A stretch of DNA of 64,000 bases, taken from the NCBI GenBank assembly GCA_951406725.2, contig OX597814.1, positions 40,176,001 to 40,240,000 of the forward strand, written 5' to 3'. This DNA is from Octopus vulgaris. Lineage: Eukaryota. Below, one piece after another: positions 57,582-64,000 of the stretch; within the stretch, counting starts at the first letter, position 1, and each line of letters starts with the position of its first letter. The notes beneath the pieces are model-generated. The model was not told where the DNA came from. It saw only the letters and a list, made by a program, of their open reading frames with translations, and did not search any database. The translations under genes were made by a program, and so were the position numbers.

Positions 57582-58260
57582 CATCATAATCGTTGTTGCT
57601 ATTGTTGTTGTTGTTATTATTATTATTATATTATTATAATTATTAATAATAACAACAACAACAACAACAATAATTATAATAATATTTCTATTGTTATTAT
57701 CATGTATCCTATCTGTAATTGTGGTGGAGGTCAGTTTACTAGCATTATGTCTACGGACACTGTAGCCCTGATGGTAAATAATTATTCGCTCTGAACATAT
57801 TTTGATTCTAGATTACTTGTGTAAGCCAAGTTTTCTTTCCTTTTACTCCTTCATTTTGTTTATATTATATGGTCTTTTTTTCACTTTGAGGAGGATCCGC
57901 TACCTTATTTAGAATGCCCTATGAAGATGAAGAATTTTTATTCTCGCAATCAGACTGCATTTGCGCAGTCTGATCAGTAACAGCCGTAAGATATGTTCCG
58001 TCACCTATTTTGTTATGTCATGCTTTGTATTAAAAAAATAAGCTATAAGTGTGGTAAAAATTATATTTTGGTTAATCTGTGGTTTCATTCATTTTCTAAT
58101 TATTTGCATTGGTTCCTGATGAACTTATGTTTATCCTGTTGTTATAGCTACTATGCGTGTATCGTGTGCCGACACGCGTTGCCCGGGGATAATACAGGTA
58201 ACGGATAACAACAGTATATACGGATATTTCTTATCCCTTAGTATGTTACAAAACCGCCTA

Positions 58261-58355
<95 letters not shown>

Positions 58356-59296
58356 ACGTTTCGATTTCTTTTACTAAAAGACGGTTCTCCTGTATGGTCA
58401 CAGTCAAATTGATTGAAAGAAGTAAAAGATTAAAGGAATTAATGTTTTCACAGAATTATCCATTAATAAATAAATGGAAGAACATATCTGTGTCTTGCAT
58501 CATTTTTACATAACACATATTGTCCTCACTGTTGACGTGCATCATATTTCCGAATACGTATCGAGTATTTCTAGGCCGTACCTGTCTAAGGAGTGCTGTG
58601 TTATCAATATCTTGCCCTATATATCACATTATGCGAAGATTCATACACTAATAATCACATGCAAGCACAATTATAAATGGGTGTCTGTATATGATGCATA
58701 TATCTCTCCCTCTCTCTTGATGTTCACATGTATCTTCGAACTGCAACTATTCAATCATATAAAATATATAGTATTAAATATAAGCAATTTGGCAGTTATT
58801 GTTGTAATATTTGTCTGTGCAACAGATACATTTTTTTTTTACATATTTTGTATGGGGAATTAGATTAACGTGTAAAATTTCATTTTCATTTATTTTCTAG
58901 TCATAAATTAATCTAATATAATAACCTCTCCATCTCTCTAATTACAGTCTTCAAATAAACCGTAATAGTACTCATATTTCTTCTATTGCTAAATAATATA
59001 TGGCCTATGATAAAAGTAATGTTAAATGACGAATTCGTAGTTAATAGTTCTTAATTGAAATGTTGATTTTAGTATTTTAGAATTTATATTCTGCATATTC
59101 ATTTGGTTGATAATGAATCAGCGACATACTTTTGCTTTTCCGAAGACTCCTAATAATCTGAATGAATTGCCAAGTAATTTAGGTGTATTTATTTCATATC
59201 TTATTAGCACAAGTAGCAAGCTCTTAATATTGAAACTAAATAAATAGATGCTACATACTATACAACGTACTATGCAATGAAGTATACAATACAAAA

Positions 59297-59410
<114 letters not shown>

Positions 59411-59837
59411 CGAGAGAGAGAGCGATAATCTAAAATTCATATATTAGATATTTTAGAACATAAATGATATGTGATAATTTCACATTCAGTCTCCCTATAT
59501 TTCAGCCACTAACATTCAATTTCCTCCTTGGAGATACTTTTAGTCACTTTCGGCTGTTTTAATAAACAATGAATATTGAATGGTGTGGTATCTGTTAAAA
59601 CTTCTAAAGAAATATGTCAGCAATTTACTGCGTGGTCAATGCGAACACTACACGCGTGATAATAGAATTTCTTCTTTTAAATACGCGCGCGCACACACAT
59701 GTACATGAATATAACAGAGACAAGTATTCTGTGTATAGAATAACTTCGTAGTGCTCAAGAGATTTGACTTGAGCAGGAGTAAAGACAACTACAAGCAAGT
59801 AATTGCATATATTTACTGCAAAAATTGTATATATATA

Positions 59838-60153
<316 letters not shown>

Positions 60154-60989
60154 TCTAACTTACACATCTTGGAAACGATATCAGAAATTTACGAGTCCAA
60201 CAGCAGATTGTGAGTTCTTCGTAGTACAAAATAATGATCGTAACTTCATTCCATCATCGGATAACTCCAGCCTTTGTCTTCAGGGGGAAATGTTACATTT
60301 GAGTTTAAAGATGGAATGATTTTGAGAAGAAAAAAATTATCAGAATGTAGTACGAGGAGAAAATAGTTTGGTGTCAGGGTCAATAATGAGATTAGCGATA
60401 GTGTCGTGGTGGGAGGAAGTGAGAAGCGTGGTTTGGGTAGTATATGAAAAACGTCCTTTGTATGAATGCTATAGAGATAAATGGTGAGAGAGTGAAAAGG
60501 GGATAGCTATTATTTAAGGGAAATGAGTGGACTAGTTCAGTAGCTGAGGAAGGTCAAAAGATGGTCAAAAGTAGATGTTAGTGGGACACAGGAATTGAGT
60601 TGGTGGGGGTTTATGGTAAATATATAGATAGGTAGGGAATTGATGGTGTGGCTTTGGAGGAGTAAAGGTACATTGGTTTGTTCTCAAAGGGGTAGGGTAA
60701 TATTAAATACACTTTCAGACTGTGGAGGGAGAGAAGTTGGAAGTGAGAAATAGTGGATCTTAAGAATTTGGTTGTTTTTAAGAATAAGATGTAGGCATGA
60801 GTTGATTTTAAGAATAAGATGTGGTCATCAGAAAGAAAGCCGTAGAAATTTGGAAGGCGATGAGCGATTGTACAAGTCGTAGATCGCCCGGTTTGCATGG
60901 TCTGCCCTATGAATTCTATGTATTTATGCCAAATTTGTTTGCTGACATCTTGACAGACGTCAACTATAAATGACAACAGAAAGGGAGAA

Positions 60990-62000
60990 TTCCTTGTGCT
61001 TTTTGCACAGCCCGTCAGAAAATCATAGTCCCAGAGCATCGTTAATTTTCCATCCTCCAGCATACGTTTACTTGGTACATGCTCATACCAATTCTTTCTT
61101 ACTTCATATCGGTATTTGTGGCATAAGATCCACTGAAGGTACACACACATTTTATCGTGGCAGGGCTTGTGTTCTTTTTGTGCAAGGCTCTCACATCCAC
61201 TTACCAGATGGGTCACATTTTCCACACACTTTCTACAGAGCCTGCATTTCTGGATACCAGAAGTTAGTTTTATAAAAGTTATACTTCACTGAATTGGTAG
61301 CGAGAACCTGGTCTTGTGCATCCATGATAAAGATTTCGGAGGTACTCTTCAAATCACCTCACTTAAGCCATGCCCACATTGCTGTTTTATATTCAACGTC
61401 CTGTGTATTCCTTACAAACTGTCAGTGCATTCTCATTTCAAGGTCTTTTTTTCTCTTCTCCTCCGCTCTTTGGTTAAACTCGTCCTTGCCCATGATTACA
61501 TCTGCATTTGCATCGATATCTTTCGCGACATATTGCAACAGTTCTTCATCACTATTTATCAAATACTCGGTAAGCGTTCTCATTTCACATATCTTATACA
61601 ATGGTCTATACTAATTAGTCTTTTGCCCCCATTCTTTCTTTGCATATACATTCTGTTTATGTTTGCTGTAGGGTGTAGCGCCTTATGCAGCGTCATCAAT
61701 ATTCTTGTCCTTCTACTCAGTGCTAATATTTCCTTCTTAGTCCATTTGAGGATGGACGCACTATATCTAACCTCCGCAATTGAACAGATATTCATTGCAC
61801 TAATCAAAACTTTGGAATTCATGTTCAATTTCATAACCACATTAACACTTTTTTGATACTCATCGCTGAGCTTGTTATTAATTTCTCTGAGTAGAATGTC
61901 ATATAGCTCATAACTCCTTAAATATCAATATCTACTACCGTCGGGTTCGCCCATGGCCTCTCCTGATGCCAACCGCAAACCTCAGCAGGGTGCTTTATTC
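60990..62000 (-). mobile_element. Dong/R4-type LINE fragment (RT thumb to CCHC)
   Basis: AEVRYSASILKWT, LHPTANINRMYMQRKNGGK, AQDQVLATN, CRKC..ENVTHLVSGCESLAQKE..HDK, MLWD. Confidence 0.9.
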
Positions 62001-63944
62001 CCTCAAATTCGTATTACATACTGAGCATGTTTTAAACTGTTAAATTTTCTGTGTAAAATAGACAGTGTAGATAAATTTCATTTTATACTTATTAGCAACA
62101 ACTCAATTAGAAATATTCAAATTTTACTTTTCTAGGAACAATGTCACAACTGTGTAGAAAAGGCATGAACATTTATATTGTTGTTATGGCGTACGGTATC
62201 ACTGTTCGCTCTTGGAAGCATGTAAACTAACCGGTCTGGGTATTTTTGTAATACAAGGCAACTGCAGTTTTAGCATTTTGTACAAGTATATATTCTCTTA
62301 TTTATTATTTGCTTAAGTTTAATTGCACTTACATTTACTTTAAATATTTAACCGCTGTTGTTTGCAACATTCATCCGCATATCGGCCATTCATATTATTT
62401 CAGATTCTTGGTCTATTATTGGAAACGATATTTTTTTTTGCTTTCTCTAAGCACTATTAATAAAATATGAGACCAAATACTACATTCGATTTCGATTCTT
62501 AATTCAATTTGTCAGTAACTTATATGCTAACAATTTGCAAGATTCTCAATCTCGCAAATGTAATGCATTTTAATTGCAACACAAGAATAACCTTGATAAT
62601 ATTTCTAAATATTTTGGATGTAAAGTTTCAAACAATTTTAACGTAGTTCTCGGAAACGAAGAAGAACAAGAAGAGTGAACTGAGACATGTCAATGTCAAC
62701 ACTTTTTTGTAATAAAAGTTGAAGTTATGAATACTTTTTCAATTCTCAGAAATACTCACGCATCTAAAAATTCATGTGACTACATCAAAAACATACACAT
62801 TCAGTTTTGTGGCGGAGTTTAATTAGACTGTTGAACGAGGAGAATTTCTTTCAATAAAACAATTTAAATATTTCAATCAGAAATGTCATACCTGTCTTAC
62901 TTTTATATTTACATTGAATGGGAGAAAATGATGAATAAACATCTAAGATAGCTAAAACAAAAATAAGAGAAAGACACTGGAGGAAAATTGAAATAAAAAT
63001 GTAAAATTCACGAAGATGAAAAATATTTTTACGTGTATTATTGTAAATATAACAAAGAGAAAATTAATTAAGTTTTGAAACAACTATGACACATTAACTT
63101 GTAATTAATTTTCATGGAAGAAATTGCCTCTGGTGACTATATATTAGCAAAAAAAATGTATGTTACGTTGAGGCAATATTAATGTGTTATTCTTTCATTA
63201 TTTTCTTTTCTTTTCGCCGTTTTTCTGAAGTTATTACAAGCAATTAGATGAGAATATGAATTCATCTTTCCGTTGTAGAAGTAAGATGACTGATTCTTTG
63301 ACTAAATTCAAGCAATGCTACATATACAATTTTATTGTTTTCAATTTTTTCTGGTTTGCAAGTTTTAATGATATTTTCTATATATTTCATTGTTGTCTGC
63401 GAAAGTACATGCCTATTGCGACGTAACCAACTCTCATTCATATCAATAATTATATCAGAAGCATTTACTATGATGTCAAGGCAATCCATTTTAATTTAGA
63501 ATGCATTAATAATTCTTAATTCCAATAATAATGGAAATAATAATGGTAGAGATATTTCGCAGATAGCTAGAAATGAATCAAAATAAAATGTGAAGGTATG
63601 GTGATACTGATGCTGTGGCTTTGCTGTAATTGATGATAATGATGATGATGATGATGGTGATGGTGACGGCGGCAATGGTGTCGGGGATGTTTAGCATTAT
63701 TATGGTATTACAAAATTCATGAGATTGTTAATGACGTTTCCGAAAGTTGGAAGGAATAAAATATATATAGAAATATAAGAAACTCAGTAAAATACAGCAT
63801 TATAATTATATTTATCTTCACCAATTATGTAAATATCTCTAACGTTGTAGAAGGATACTTTATGGAGTATTTGAAGTTCACTTAAATCAGATTTAAACAC
63901 CGAAATGTAATACAGTTCTATATTTAAGAGATGAGGAATTATGT

Positions 63945-64000
63945 ACCTTATTTACATTTGACGGATATTTGTCTTCATCTTGTTTATTGTTAACACAACG
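63945..64000 (-). mobile_element. Start of a second copy of the 42798 element, cut by the window edge
   Basis: ttatttacatttgacggat...tcttgttt..tgtt..cacaacg matches 42803-42843. Confidence 0.7.

Noticed and set aside
57949-57974. 10-bp perfect hairpin atcagactgc/gcagtctgat
   Set aside because: Isolated; could arise by chance and has no supporting context.
60235-60290. Minus-strand CTGAAGA motif
   Set aside because: The second core half and helices are not recoverable; at best an eroded remnant.

Overview
AT-rich, microsatellite-saturated animal DNA. The tRNA-derived SINE families suggest an Octopus genome (recalled from known repeats, not searched). No intact protein-coding gene is visible, and nearly all long ORFs in the track are microsatellite translations. 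Transposon remains include several Dong/R4-type LINE fragments in (TAA)n tracts, two CR1-type LINEs, an old Gypsy element with both LTRs and a PBS, a Tc1/mariner fragment, three SINE families and many Penelope-like element (PLE) pieces. Three less obvious layers stand out. (1) Hammerhead-ribozyme-bearing units sit in (TA)n tracts: a 586-bp tandem repeat with one intact hammerhead per unit (retrozyme-like) and a 5.7-kb PLE palindrome with a hammerhead in each arm. (2) A tRNA-headed palindromic element carries a hammerhead remnant. (3) The 'unique' DNA between the repeats appears, from by-eye translation, to be four decayed ionotropic glutamate receptor/IR-like genes in alternating orientation. 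All protein and RNA-structure assignments were made by eye and need computational confirmation.
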